Positions 30,248-44,079 of a DNA stretch of 64,000 bases are shown piece after piece; position 1 is the stretch's first letter, and each line of letters begins with the position of its first letter. The DNA comes from Eledone cirrhosa (lineage: Eukaryota): contig OZ024747.1 of assembly GCA_964016885.1 (NCBI GenBank), forward strand, positions 63,054,001 through 63,118,000. The letters are read 5' to 3'. The position numbers and the translations under genes are program-made. The notes below the pieces were generated by a model. That model saw only the letters and a list, made by a program, of their open reading frames with translations, did not search any database and was not told the DNA's origin.

Positions 30248-30478
30248 AAGGATGAAGACTGCTGGGTAAAGAAGTGCCATGTGATCCTAATGAGAGGAAG
30301 ACGCAGTAGAGGAAGACTGCAGAAGACATGGGTGGAGGTACTGAGAGCCTACATCAGATTGTTGAAGCTCACAGTAAAGATGACGAAAGACCGTGACAAA
30401 TGGAGTGATGCTGTGCTGAAGAGAACCTGCCCCACCCTTCCAAGCAGAGAAAAGCAGATGTAAAATGATGATAATGAA
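30248..30478 (+). mobile_element. RTE LINE 3' end with (ATG)n tail
   Basis: DCWVKKC..RGRRSRGRLQKTWVEVL..MTKDRDKW..VLKRT followed by cccacccttccaagcagagaaaagcagatgtaaaatgatg. Confidence 0.8.
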
Positions 30479-30543
30479 GTAACCTTTGGGCCACCCTGTA
30501 TTTATCTCATATCTCATGGGTCTCTGAAACTTATTAGTCATAC

Positions 30544-30746
30544 ATCTGAATGTTTCTTTTCATAGAGAACTAGAATAATTCTGTTTATTTCACATTAATT
30601 GCCAGGAATTGCTTGGAGGTGATCTTGACAAGTCGCTAGACAGCACAGTTTGCATGACTTGTTAACAATTAACAGGTGTAGCCTGTAGAAGATGCAGGCA
30701 CATAGCTACCAGACATCAGCTTACACTTGAGACCAATTAACAGACA
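30544..30746 (-). pseudogene. Relic exon (203 nt)
   Basis: Strong acceptor ttctgttttatttgtctttcAG, donor |GTATGA; begins CLLIGLKCK in phase 0; stops in all three frames. Confidence 0.5.
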
Positions 30747-30994
30747 CTGAAAGACAAATAAAACAGAAATTGAATAATCTGCACCTAATATTATTTCTCC
30801 CCGAAGAGATTGTTAGTGTTTTGATGAGATTTATATGTAATATAAATGGTGTCATTAAGGAGAAAGCAAGAAAGCAAGCTTAATGCATTATTTGATTCAT
30901 TGGCAGTAGCATGCATATATATATATATATATATATAAATCAGGAAAGAAGAGTGACACGGTTTGCTATACAAAAAAAGGTTTTTAATCTCATT

Positions 30995-31101
30995 GCTGAC
31001 AATTGTTTCTCTGAACTGGTAGGTCTAGAGATCGCTACATGCTTGTTTTCGTGTCATTCGATCACCAATACAAAGTTGTAACCAGTCAATTCATCAGAGC
31101 T
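30995..31101 (-). ncRNA. Degenerate type I hammerhead with extended stem II
   Basis: Minus strand gct-CTGATGA-aTTGACTGGT..~70 nt..ACCAGTTCAGa-GAAA-C(AATT)G-TC-agc; palindromic minimal stem III typical of Penelope-like element hammerheads. Confidence 0.5.
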
Positions 31102-33116
31102 TGTGAGAATGAAAGGAATATACAGGCATGGCTTCTATATATAGTAATGGCATTCAATCAGAACAATAACAACAATACTAACAATGCTAGCAATAAATTA
31201 TTTGAAATAATCACAACATCAATCTAAGTAAGAAACATAGTATATCTACGACTTTAGCGTGTAAAACTAGCTGACATGAGGCAGATGTATGAAATTGACA
31301 TGTAAAAGCTGTCATGGGGTGTATTATATATAGTGTAGAGATAAGCCAGTGGCTTTAAACAATGTACTATTTCCTTTACTGTAGGTCTGGTGACTGTAAG
31401 AATTATTTATTATCTGACAGATGAAATATTTATCATTGTAGTGAGGATAGTAATATTTGTGGTGTGAGGTGGGTTCAATATTTATGTGGTCTATATTAGA
31501 TGAAGGGATTGTTAGTTCGAATCATGGGGTTGTTTCCTCTCTTTCACTTTCTACCTTTCTCTGGAAGAAATCTGCTGCACTCAGGCCTGGAGTGGGGTGG
31601 GCTCTGCCAGGCTTAAAATGCCCAAGAAACGTTGTATGACAATATGGCACCCCTACGACTCTATCAGGAGTTACGGGACCATACATGTATACATACATAT
31701 TGTGAAACGCATTAGGCAATACTTTGTGGTAAATTCATTTAATGATATATGCTGTATATGTTGCTGGATAGACTCTTGCATCTAAAAAAGTCAATTATTT
31801 TTAAAAGCAGCTTGTAAACAGCGAAATTAGATATTAGAATTTAGAATTTTAACCCCCTTTAACTACATAAAATGAGTCAATGATCGTAAGATTTAATCTG
31901 TAGGTAACCAAAATATTTATCAATAGCCCCTTATTATCTGGTGGTTTGTGACAAAATAATGTTATAAAACCAATTTAATACAATAATGCAATGCAATATA
32001 CTGTTTTTGTATTCCCATTCAATGGCAGTCTTTATATGCATTGTCAAACTAGATATATGAGAATTGAATAGCTTAGAATGTTAAAATAGATACTGTATAA
32101 GAATAGAGAAACATTTTAACACTTTTCTCAAACTCTATCAGAATTGTTTCATTCAAAATAGATTTAAAGCCTTACTCTTTTGACAGTGATTCACACACTA
32201 CTGCCTCTGGTTGTATGAATCAAAATCCCCTATTTTAAAGGGTCTCTCTCCAAATTATAATCTTTTAACATAATTTTATATGAGAATCTTTTGTTAAACT
32301 ATGTTCCACAATTTGTGTTGGAGAGAGAATTGTTTACATCTACCCCAGTTCATGACTGGTGCTTTAATTTATTGACTCTAGAAGCATGAACGGCAAAGTT
32401 GACCTGGAGAGGTTTGAAAAATACCATCTTAATAATGACATAATTCATAATTCTAGTAAATACCACAAAATATGTCGGTCATAAATTAAAATTCAGAGTG
32501 TTTCTTTAGAAATCTGGTTATGGGGGGCAATTAACCCGGGGGCACCAGCGATGGCTGTAGCAATTTATTTGGGCTTTTTAGTGATAGGATGGTTAGAATT
32601 TTTAATTTAATCATCGTCATCATCATCGATTAACATCTATATTCCACACTAGCATGTATAATTTTTCAATTCCAATTACTTGCTCCAAGCTAACTTTGAT
32701 ATGTTAAATTGTGGGGTTTGCTGTGTATTCTAATATTTTGTGTATGAGGGGCCTCCCAAACCTGAAGTGCCCCAGGCCTCCAAGGTCTAAATCAAGCCCT
32801 GGGTGATTGGTTGACAGAAATGTTAAACATTAGATGGGATGATTTGCAGTACATTATCTAGCTCTGTGTATTTTCAATTCAAATCCTGCTTTCTGTCACC
32901 AGAAAAGTGGTGACACTTCCGCCAAGAGTTGTGACTGACAATATTACTAATAGAAATACCAATGAAAACATAGTTTCTTTAGTCCAGCCTGTAAAATCAG
33001 CTTCCATACTTTTCTCCCTTTCTAATATAATATATTCTGGCTGAAATTTCCAAATTTAATTGCCATTCTGTTTATATTAGGGCTGATTTATGTTCTAAAT
33101 GATTAAAATCATTTAA

Positions 33117-33338
33117 CCTTTAACATTTGCATTACTCTACTATTGTAGTTAGCAATAAAGGCCTTACCTCACATAATTATCTCACATAATATCGATTCTA
33201 TGAGATTTTGATGATGTTATTATTTATTTTGAGAGCAATACCTTAACGTTGTTATAAGCAGCTGATTGTGGCTGGTTTGAACAGAAGAAAGAGGTGAGAG
33301 AATTCTGGCCGGATACGGCCAGTTCAAATGCTAAAGGG
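33117..33338 (+). mobile_element. MITE family C
   Basis: TTAA flanks and same body; a 5'-damaged copy is at 22062-22246. Confidence 0.85.
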
Positions 33339-34067
33339 TTAAAGAAATTTAGTTGAAGGTGACAAGATGGCACATGCTATTCTTTTAGATAATATCAGAC
33401 AGGTAAAATCTGTTTGTATAATATTCAGCTTTAATATCTGTAAGTTTTATATTTGTATGTGGTCACTTGATCTAGAAATTGAAGTTAATTCTGCTTCAAA
33501 TTCTGCCATATTGTCTTAAAAAAAATGAAAAGACATCTTGGATAGAGTAGTTCATGATAGGCTTATCTGTCCTGTTAACAGAAAAAGGGACGGTCATGGT
33601 TGGAATATCTTTTATCATATGTCTGTTTAATCAGAGCTGATCTGGAGCTGAACAACAACAGAGTTCTAGAAGATTGCAAATCTGGGGAAGGAGGATTGAC
33701 TAACTATCTGGATTAGCATTTACAGAAGGAGACATAAGTAAGTGATGATGAGAAGAGACATATGTGCATGAGGTAGGCTTGGATTGTATGGTGGTAAGTG
33801 ACGATGAGAAGAGACATATGTGATGTGATTCAGGTGAGCCTTGATTGTATAATGGTAAGTACCTTACTAGTTTTGAGACACTGAAGCCATTCTGGTAGCA
33901 GTAGTAGTATCAGCAGAATGGCTAAACAGGCAGTACTGCTGCTGGTTATATTGAATTTTTAAGTAAGATTATGCTAATCAACTGCACAGTCTTTATATTG
34001 ATATAGACTGTGTTTGTTTTTGTAGCTGCAACACTAACCTAGATATGTAAAATACAAAATCTGTCCC

Positions 34068-34335
34068 AAGCGTGGAGGCTCATCAGATCAATGCTTATCC
34101 TTGTTTCCTTGGTGTTAAGTGTCTGAGAGTGTAACATTTCCTCCTGGATAGGCTGTTAGTCCATCGCAGGGTTAAATGCCCAGCTACAGCTGGTGCTCAT
34201 TTTCAGTAGAGTATACTAGAGCAACATGAAAAGAAGTGTTTTGCTTAAGATCACGACACACAACTTAGTCCAGGAATCAAACCCATGACATTATGATAAG
34301 TCCAACAATCTAAACACTAGGCTACTCGCCCTCAC
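34068..34335 (-). mobile_element. Old CORE-type SINE with V-domain-like segment
   Basis: Minus strand has decayed head and core, then accctgcgatggactaacagcctatccagg resembling the V-SINE motif CCCTGCGATGGACTGGC..TCCAGG. Confidence 0.55.
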
Positions 34336-34392
34336 TTAGATATGTAAGGGGTACTTTAATATTGGTTACACTGGAGTTTGTCATTAACTCAC

Positions 34393-34532
34393 CTAAGCTG
34401 AATTTAATTTTCACAACATTACACATATAAAAGCATCATAAGAGATCACTAGTTGTTGTTGAGAAAATCAAAATGCAACCAAATCTCCTTCAATATCTAT
34501 TCTGTTTGCTCTGTTATGATGTGCACAAGAAT
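34393..34532 (-). pseudogene. Relic exon (140 nt)
   Basis: Acceptor ctattttcAG, donor AG|GTGAGT; phase-0 frame ILVHIITEQTE*ILKEIWLHFDFLNNN**SLMMLLYV*CCEN*IQL. Confidence 0.55.
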
Positions 34533-35759
34533 CTGAAAATAGATTGGTCAGTGGGAGTAGTGAAATGTAACTAGAGTATATTGTCAGTCTTACAAATTAT
34601 TATATGTGGGTTTTAGTGAAATACAGAGATATCAATTTTGATTTGATTACAAGATGGTGCTGAGTAGAATATTAGAATATAGTATTTAGTTTATCTTACT
34701 ATATTCTGAGTTCAAGCCCATTATTCTGAATTTAAGCCCATTTTTCTGTTCAGGAATATGAGGTCTAGAAGTATCAGACGAGTTTTGTAGCTGATTCAAT
34801 CGATTATACTAATAGAAAAGTAAGAAAAATCGATCTTCTAACTATATAAGAAACCAATAATACTTTGATATTTCTAATCATTACTAACATGTGATTGATC
34901 AGATTTTCACTGATGCCAATAGAGAAAAAGAAATAAGAACTCAGTTGTATGCAGGTCAGTGTGAAGAAGTAGAGCAATTCGTATACATCTTTTGTAAGTT
35001 TAGTTTCACTGGGGAAAAATCATTTACAAATTGATAGAAAAAGAAAACAAAGTTATTAGCTTCGTTCTGTGTATTTTTGTTGCTTCTTATACTATATAGA
35101 CAGTCAAGATGCCGACATGGCTGAGGTGCCTCACAGTCGTAAAGTCTCTAGTTTGATCTGACTTTATGGCATCTTCAGCAAGTGTTTTTACCATAACCTT
35201 GGATCAAATCAACCTTGTATGGGGAATTAGGTAAACAGACATTCTATTAGAAGTCTATTGGACATATATCTGTTATTCAAAAGGATACCTCTGTTATTTA
35301 TTGTATCATGCTGATTTGGCTTGGGTCATATGTTAAGAGTACACATGGTTGTGCAATACTCCCTCACCATCTTTCGAGGAAACGCTTTCTCTATTGGGTC
35401 CACCGGGGACACGGAGTGGCCAGCGTTGGGCCTCCATTTGCTCATAATAGTGAGAGATAGAGAAAACAGGAGAGACAGAAGCAGTGATAGTGGGAGTTTG
35501 GTTCCATTGTGTTCAGACCTGGTGTATATATATATATATATATATGTGTTTTAATATAGAAGAGCTTCTACAGGACAATTAAAACTTATATACTCTGCTA
35601 TGTATTGAGTACCTTACTTACTGTGGTTACCTCCAATTCAACCCGGAATAACTTACCTATATATATATATTGATTTACCACACACCATTAATACTTATAT
35701 TTGTGTAGATTCGGTGTTGTGATAATACACCACGTGTGTTTTGATATTTATATACATCT

Positions 35760-36097
35760 GAGGCCCATGGCTTAGTGGTTAGAGCATTGGCCTTGCAATC
35801 GAAAGGTTGTGAGTTCAATTCTCAGACCGGGTGATGTGTTGTTTCCTTGAGCAAGACACTTTATCTCACATTGCTCCAGTTTACTCAGCTGTAGAAATGA
35901 GATGATAGGGACTGGGGTCCATATCATTCCACTGCAAAGTGGTTGTGGAGGTGCCACGGCAAAAAAGCACCCAGCCCTCACTGTAAATGAGGTTGGTGTT
36001 AGGAAGGGCATCCAGCTGTAGAAATCAAGCCAGAATCAGTTCCCGTCCTACCCATGCAAGCAGGGAGGAAGTGGACGTAAAATGAAATGATGATGAT
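35760..36097 (+). mobile_element. tRNA-derived CORE-type SINE, family A, full length
   Basis: A box tggcttagtgg, B box gttcaattc, CORE-like ccttgagcaagacact..cagtttactcagctgtagaaatg (cf. MIR core), (ATG)n tail; five near-identical copies in the window. Confidence 0.9.
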
Positions 36098-36515
36098 CTC
36101 CGTCTGTATCTCTTAATCACATTTTAAATATATGAGTTGGACACACATTTGACTGAACAACTGAAAGCTCATCGTTTACACTGGTGGAGGATCCACCATC
36201 ATATCTCAAACATTTTAATTTAGCACTTTCTCTTTGAAATATATAACAGATTATTCTTTTACTGTACACCTTAGTCCTATGTGTGCCAAGACAAACTAAC
36301 TGGTGATGGTGCCTCAAAAAATGCTCCCAGTACACTCTGTAAATTGGTTGGTGATCAAACTGAGATGATGTAGGGTAGAGAAGACCATTTTGTTCAGCTG
36401 AAGACTTAATGACATGTAGTACAGGTGCTACAATAAAATGCACCCAGTACACTCTGTAAAGTGATAGAATAAAGTTAGCCCAAACTTTTGTAAAATACTA
36501 ATTAACAGATCTTGA

Positions 36516-36517
<2 letters not shown>

Positions 36518-36570
<53 letters not shown>

Positions 36571-36670
36571 TCTCTCTCTCTCACACACTCTCTCTCTCAC
36601 TCTCTCTCTCTCTCGCACTCTCTCTCTCTCCCCCCTATCTCTCTCTCATTCTTTCTCTGTCTCTTTCTCC
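36518..36670. repeat. (CT)n microsatellite
   Basis: Direct reading. Confidence 0.95.
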
Positions 36671-36824
36671 AAGGGCACATGGAGCATGGATAATAAAGTC
36701 GTAAACAGAATACTTTACAGTAATTAGCTTACTATCACATGTTTGGGAATTCATATCCAGTTTAAGATAACATAACCAATCATCTCACTGAAGGCAATAA
36801 AATAAATCTGAGTTTTGTTCTGGA

Positions 36825-36903
<79 letters not shown>

Positions 36904-36905
<2 letters not shown>

Positions 36906-37790
36906 GTGATACCTTGCAGTATGAGTTTAATTCATTCCATGACCAAGTTCGTTTTATGATTTACTCGTTTTACAAATCAATTTTCCCCATTGAAATTAAA
37001 GTATAGTTAATCCATTTCAACACCCTAAAGCCACCCAAAAATAATTTTTTATGGGTTTTGAAACAGAAATGGTGCAGTTACATGGAAAATGACAATTATA
37101 AAAACAATAAAAAAGAATGCGAAAGAAATATATAAACTGGTTTTATTAGTTTAATTACCTTAAAGATGGGATGATTTGTGCACAAGGAAGACGATGGGGC
37201 AGGGAGGAGGAGGATTATTATTTGGAAGGAGAATCTCTTTCTATTAAGACTTCAGGAAGAATAATTTCTGGCATTTTCTCTCTCACTTAGAATTATATAA
37301 AGAGAAGTCTGCTTTTTCTTGCCTTTCAAAATGTTACAAAAATGCGTCGGAGCAGTGTCATTAAATAAAGCAGCTGCACAACCTCTAGATACTTTTTCAG
37401 GAGGATTTTTTTCTACAAATTCAGAAACATCCTGCCACTTTACCATCACTGCCTTTATGTCACTTGTAGAGGTAGCTGTCTCTGCTACAATGTCCTCCAC
37501 TGGGGAACCAATCTCTCCACTGATTATTATAATATAATAGCAAAGAATGCACAAAACTAAAAAGAAAACAATAGGGATGCTGCCATGAGATAAACACCTG
37601 AACAGAGCAAGTGGAGGCTGCACTTGTTGGGAGAGTGTGTAGGAACTCGGCACCAACTAACAGTTGTTTGTATGAAACACGTTTGTATTGCGGATTTCCA
37701 CTTGTACGACAAGACAAAAATTGGCATGGGTCTCGGCTCATACAGCAAATTACTCATACAATGGGACACTCATACTACGAGGTTCTACTG
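36904..37790 (-). mobile_element. Tigger/pogo-type deleted DNA transposon
   Basis: TIR CAGTGATACCTTGCAGTATGAG vs CAGTAGAACCTCGTAGTATGAG, TA on the left; transposase C-terminus STSDIKAVMVKWQDVSEFVEK..LFND..HFCNILKGKKKQTSL at ~37300-37510. Confidence 0.8.
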
Positions 37791-38176
37791 CATGTATATA
37801 TATATATATATATATATATAATGTGTGTGAGTGTGTGTGTGTACATCATCATCATCTTTTAACTCTCATTTGTCTATGCTGGCATGAGTCGTAAAGGTCG
37901 TCTCAGATCATATGTGGATGTATGTATGTTTTTTAGTTAACTTATGTGTATATATATATTGAAAATTGCAAACTTGACTGTCACCACTGAATATGAACCT
38001 GAAGATTGTGGAAGCAATAAAGTACTTGTTCAATTAACATTTAACATTCTACCATACTATTTCATTATAATATCATTATAATTTTAAAGGATTGTAAATA
38101 AAACGAGTAAATCAGACAAAGTTGGAATTCCTTTTATTAATATAATCTTCTATACACAATCATACACACCCATGTA

Positions 38177-38247
<71 letters not shown>

Positions 38248-38740
38248 AGATTCAGGACCCCGACAGTTGATCTCCGGCCGTTTCGACAGCTAGATCCAAA
38301 CTAAGCCACCAGCCACCAGTCACTGGTGTCCTGAATCTTTTCATATTACCCACTCTACTACCCCCCAGTATTGAGTACTCTGGTGTGTTATGGTCCACCT
38401 GGTATCTTAACACACCCTCTCTGATATCTGTATACATATATATATATAGAGAGAGAGGGAGAGTCTGTGGTGCTGATACTGAGGAGACCACTAATCATGG
38501 GAGTACTCAATGCATGGGGAGATATAGGGGTGTGTATGTGTTCCTTAGTCACCTGTACTGATGTGTCCTATGTTGGAGTGTTGTCAGTGCCTGGAGTGGA
38601 ATCTTGGACTTGTTTTTTTCTTGCTGGATTAAAAAGTCATCTCTCTGCACATGGGGCAGTGTAGACATATAGGAATGGATATCATCTGACTAGATAAAGC
38701 AATCATTTATATATATATATGTTCACAATCAAGTGGTGGT

Positions 38741-38780
<40 letters not shown>

Positions 38781-38781
<1 letters not shown>

Positions 38782-39023
38782 GAGGGCAATCCCAAAAGTA
38801 AGGTCTCCTTCCGATATTGCAACTTTTCCGTTAAAATCTTGTGGATGGTGCTTCGGGAAACCTCAGGAACCAAAATGCAGAGAGCATCCAGAGTGATCCG
38901 CCGATCTTTACGCTTGTTTGGGAGTAAAGGAAGCACCAATCACAATAGAGTTGCCAACAGCTGTACGAACAGTTTCTCTGCGTCCCCATCGCTTTGGAGA
39001 CCTTACTTTTGGGATTACCCTCG
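38781..39023 (-). mobile_element. mariner-derived MITE with HTH fragment
   Basis: ~27-bp TIR (C/T)GAGGG(T/C)AATCCCAAAAGTAAGGTCTC, TA flanks, internal DRRITLDALCILVPEVSRSTIHKILTEKLQYRK. Confidence 0.85.
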
Positions 39024-39227
39024 TATATATATATATATATATATATATATGTTTACAATCCTGTGGTGGTGGTGGTATATATATATATATACATCTCTCT
39101 CTCCACCACCGGATCTTGTTACTCGGAGATTTACCCATCTGCATTGTCGAGGCTTCCAAATGACTTAAAGAAATTTACCTTATTATTCCACAATGCTTCA
39201 AGCAAACTTCAATACTCTCTTATATAT

Positions 39228-39559
39228 CATCATTCGTTTTACGTCCACTTTTCCCTGCTTGCAAGGGTGGGACGGGAACTGATTCTGGCTTGATTTCTTC
39301 AGCTGGATGCCCTTCCTAACACCAACCTCATTTACAGTGAGTGCTGGGTGCTTTTTTGCCGTGGCACCTCCACGACCACTTTACAGTGGAATGATAGGGA
39401 TCCAAGTCCCTATAATCTCATTTCTACAGCTGAGTAAACTGGAGCAACGTGAAATAAAGTGTCTTGCTCAAGGAAACAACACATCACCCGGTCTGAGAAT
39501 TGAACTCACAACCTTTCGATTGCAAAGCCAATGCTCTAACCACTAAGCCATGTGCCTCC
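39228..39559 (-). mobile_element. SINE family A, full length
   Basis: Reverse complement of the 35760-36097 copy with few differences. Confidence 0.9.
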
Positions 39560-39979
39560 ATTATATGATATATATATATCAGGATGGATTCAATTTGAAG
39601 CTGGTTAGACCATAACTCAGCAGAGTACTCGATAATTGAGGTAGTAGAGTATGGCTATATTATAAAGAGTTGGGACACTGGCTATGTCTGGAACTAGCTG
39701 TTGAAATGGCAAGAACTCAGCTGTTGGTGTCCCGATTCTTTATAATATATGTGTGTGTGTGTGTTTGTATGAATATATACACATCACTTTCTTTAAATCC
39801 ATTCCTCTATTCTGATATGGGTTTAACACATGGACACTTACACAAATAAAGTATACATTAAAATATATATATATATAACCTTTCAAATATCTAAAGCTGT
39901 TAAAATGAAAGTTACATTCTTTCATCTTTTAATGAAGAAGAACCCTGTTTTTATGTCCTATGAAAGGTCTATAGTGGAA

Positions 39980-40666
39980 CAATAGAATAGCAGAATATAG
40001 AGATATATAGAGGTATAATAGGATAGCAGAATATAGAGATATATAGGGGTATAACAGAATAGCAGAATATAGAGATATATAGAGGTATAACAGAATAGCA
40101 GAATATAGAGATATATAGAGGTATAACAGGAAAGCAGAATATAGAGATATATAGGGGTATAACAGAATAGCAGAATATAGAGATATATAGAGGTATAACA
40201 GAATAGCAGAATATAGAGATATATAGAGGTATAACAGGAAAGCAGAATATAGAGATATATAGGGGTATAACAGAATAGCAGAATATAGAGATATATAGAG
40301 GTATAACAGAATAGCAGAATATAGAGATATATAGAAGTATAACAGGAAAGCAGAATATAGAGATATATAGAAGTATAACAGAATAGCAGAATATAGAGAT
40401 ATATAGAGGTATAACAGGAAAGCAGAATATAGAGATATATAGGGGTATAACAGAATAGCAGAATATAGAGATATATAGGGGTATAACAGAATAGCAGAAT
40501 ATAGAGATATATAGAGGTATAACAGAATAGCAGAATATAGAGATATATAGAAGTATAACAGGAAAGCAGAATATAGAGATATATAGAGGTATAACAGAAT
40601 AGCAGAATATAGAGATATATAGAGGTATAACAGGAAAGCAGAATATAGAGATATATAGAGGTATAC
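39980..40666. repeat. 36-bp minisatellite, ~19 copies
   Basis: Unit ACAG(AAT/GAA)AGCAGAATATAGAGATATATAG(AG/GG/AA)GTATA. Confidence 0.95.
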
Positions 40667-42822
40667 ACTGCATAAGTTAAAATTGGATGAAAACCTCATA
40701 TTGCAGCAATACACAAGTTTGGAAGTGTTCCATCATCAAAGGGAAACAACTAGAAGTGTTGAGAAAGTGTTCATAATTTGTACTACTATGGATAGTAGGA
40801 AGAGAAAGAGGGACAGGGGTAAAGAGAATTTAAAGGCCCAGACAGTTGAATATAGGATAAGAGAGAGAAAAAATATGAATGAATGATGGATGAGGAAGGA
40901 GAATGAGAGGTGTTTGTGTACTAATAAGGAAAATACAAGCGAAAAATGAATGAGTAAAAGTGATGTGTTAGAAACTAAAGAATTGTAGTGCCGGTATTAA
41001 TAATAGTATTATTATAGCAAGGAAAATACAAGGCATTACCACAGTCTGACAGTCTTGGAAGACTGATGTTAGAAATCTCTCAATATTTTCAGCTGCAGTT
41101 CCGATGGTTTTTGTTCTTTTGTTATTATTTATTGTTGAGTTGTTTGTATTTGACAAGTTGCATTGCTTTTACATGAATGCTTTTGTTGCAGCAACTTGCT
41201 GCTAGAACTGCTGTTACCATGCTTAGCTGAGTATTGCTTCTTCGTCTTCTGCTGCTGCAGCTGTTGCTGCTCTTCTCTTATGACTGCTAATGTTGATGCT
41301 GCCGCTGTTGCTGCTATTATTGCAACTGCTACTGCTGCTCTCTGCTCCAAGAGCCGGTAGGCTAAAAATGATAGAAGCTCCTCAGCAGTGTAGAAGCTGA
41401 GGAATGATCATGGTGAGAAGTAGATCAATAGAAAGAGCATTGCAACAGTCTATGATCACAGCAGCAGCCACAGCAGCAGTAGTAGTGTCTGCAAGAATGG
41501 AATAATGTTATGGTGAGTTTCAGTTCCATGCTTCGTCTGATTAACCACTTGTTTGAAATATTCCCCTACCTATCACCTTTATCATCATCATTATTTTAGT
41601 TTGTTTTATTTTGCATTTTTTGTTTCTTTTCTGTTTCTATATTTTCTGTGAAAATTCTTATTTCCATTATTCATTATTTCTAAATGAAGATAGAAAATCT
41701 GTTTGGCAGCTACGGTGATACAACAGTGATTTCAATGTAACTATTTAGGATACCTAATTTCTTACTACTGGTAGTTGAATCCCTTACATTTAACTTCACT
41801 ATGTTGCCTAACCTCCCCTTCAGTTCATCTGACAATGGTATAATCCTCTCATTCATTTCTTCATTGCACGTTGTAGCTAACTCTCTTTTTAAGTTGACAA
41901 TTCTAACTGGAGTTATGACAAGACATACACTCTACCAAATATATTCCTTTTGATTTGGATCCTGGATTCTTACATAAACAATCAAATCTATTAATTACAC
42001 AGCTGGCTAGAATCTTTTAAAATTTTAGTAAGTGTCATTTGTTTTATTGCCTTTTAAAAAAATTTATTTCATGTTGTTTTGTTATTTCTTAGTAGCTATT
42101 TTCTTAACTGCTCTCCTTACATGCTACTTTTCTTCTCTTTCTCCTCTTTCTCTCACTATCTCTCTTTCTTTCCTTATATATATATCATAAATCTTTATAG
42201 CTGTCTGTATTCTTTTTTATCACACAAGGTTTCTAGCAATCTCCTGATGTTTTAATCCCTGAAATAATAATACTAGGTGTGTTTATTTGTTGTATTTATA
42301 ATTCTCCCATGTCTGTTCATCCCATAAGAAGCCTACTCAATTAAGTTCCTACCATGCCACACATGAGAGCTATGAGTATTTTTATTCAACATACATCAGC
42401 AGAAAACTAATTTTTGCTGCATTTCATAATTTTCAACAGTAGCAAATCTGTCATGTGTGTATATAAGGGAAGTAAAGATTTCTAAGGAATTCCTCCAATA
42501 TAATGTTTATATTTCTTTGGTTTCTATTTAACAAATTTGAATATAGTTATTATATAAAACATGTGTTTACAGTCCTTTGATCAGTGAATATAATAAATAA
42601 AACTACCAAATAATGTCATTGATGAATATATCATCCTTAGAAAACTAAAAGATTATTCATTGATGGTATTATACATATAAAATCCTCGTGGTTCACTGTG
42701 TGTATTCATTATTTCAGAAAAAAAGACCCATCCTCGTGCATATAAATTATCCAATTAATTTTATTACAATTGATACAAATCATAATCTCTGAAATATTAT
42801 TATGTCATTTGAATAGAAATAG

Positions 42823-42858
<36 letters not shown>

Positions 42859-44011
42859 TAGAAAGAAAGTGTATATAAATATCTTAACATTTTTTGTCCT
42901 GAGAAAATCTGTTTGCTTTTAAGATTTTTCTGTGTACATGTTATAATTTCTAGTTAATAAACACTATGAATGAATTACCTCTTAGCATTATTTTTAAATG
43001 AGAGCATGGATGGCTGAGATTAGAGTTTAGTGGACACCCATCAGAAAGTTTGTCAGTATTGGACACCCATTAGAGAAGTTGACAGTAGTGGACACCCATT
43101 AGAGAGGTTGACAGTTCAAATTGTGGCACAAACGTTACATTGTATACATAGTCATGTTGCTTATATCTCATGGTCTAAGTTCACCTAGCTGTGATTAGGT
43201 ACTTCATGTGACAATTCATTGTAGTAAGTAGGAGCTGTATTTTTCAGTTGAGAAGTATTTTGTTTATGCATAGTCATTAATTCCTTCAATAGACTGGCAA
43301 CCTATCCAGAGGTAACATTGTTTCACACCAACTTGATGTTACCAAAAACTAGAGTTAATTTCCGGTTTTATGGATCATTATAATTCTGAAAGGACTTCCT
43401 TCTTAAAGTACATATTGCCTCAGTCATGCTCTTGAATCTGTTACTATGTACACAAATGTTATGTGTGGAAATGTGTCTTGAGTCAGGAGACTATTTCATG
43501 AGAAAATACTAATAAATTAAAGTAAATATTAGTAACTTTCTTTCATTAATGTAAGATATTAGTAAATGGCAGGGAAACTAAGGACAATATATACCAATAT
43601 ATATAAAACTAGATGTCATATATACTTCTGTGCAAGTCACACCTCTGTTATACATGGGCAATTTACAATGTAACATATATTTTGAATTGAGGTTTTATTG
43701 GTCCAGTAGATATGTCACACCTCCATTTTACATACATTTACAATGTACCATATATTTTAGATTGAGGTTTTATAAGTTCATTAAATAAGTCCAAGGCTGA
43801 TCTTTCATGGTGCCTTTTCATAGATAAAGGTGTAACAAAGACGTGTATATAGGGTATATAAAAGACATGCTTATACATGCATATATATATATAAGATAAA
43901 TAGAGAGAGTGAATATAGGAGGAGCAGTTGCAGTGGGAGACAATCATTTTTGAAGGTTCTCTCTCCAGTTCTATTGAAGTGTGTGTGTATGTATGTATGC
44001 ATATGAGTCTC

Positions 44012-44079
<68 letters not shown>

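Noticed and set aside
19002-34532. Stop-codon reassignment or U-to-C editing restoring the relic gene
   Set aside because: Stop density is near random expectation and the best-matching frames require frameshifts; ordinary decay is the simpler explanation
35760-35835. tRNA gene
   Set aside because: A/B boxes continue into a SINE body; multicopy SINE head with no proper acceptor stem or terminator
39307-39546. Recurrent 79-aa ORF MPFLTPTSFTV.. (also 35772, 57325)
   Set aside because: Antisense reading of SINE A; conservation reflects copy youth
39929-40714. Three overlapping 234-261 aa hydrophobic ORFs
   Set aside because: 36-bp tandem repeat open in all three minus frames
41100-41512. Gln/Ala-rich ORFs with a downstream GTGAGT
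   Set aside because: Degenerate (CTG/CAG) low-complexity tract with stops in all plausible exon frames
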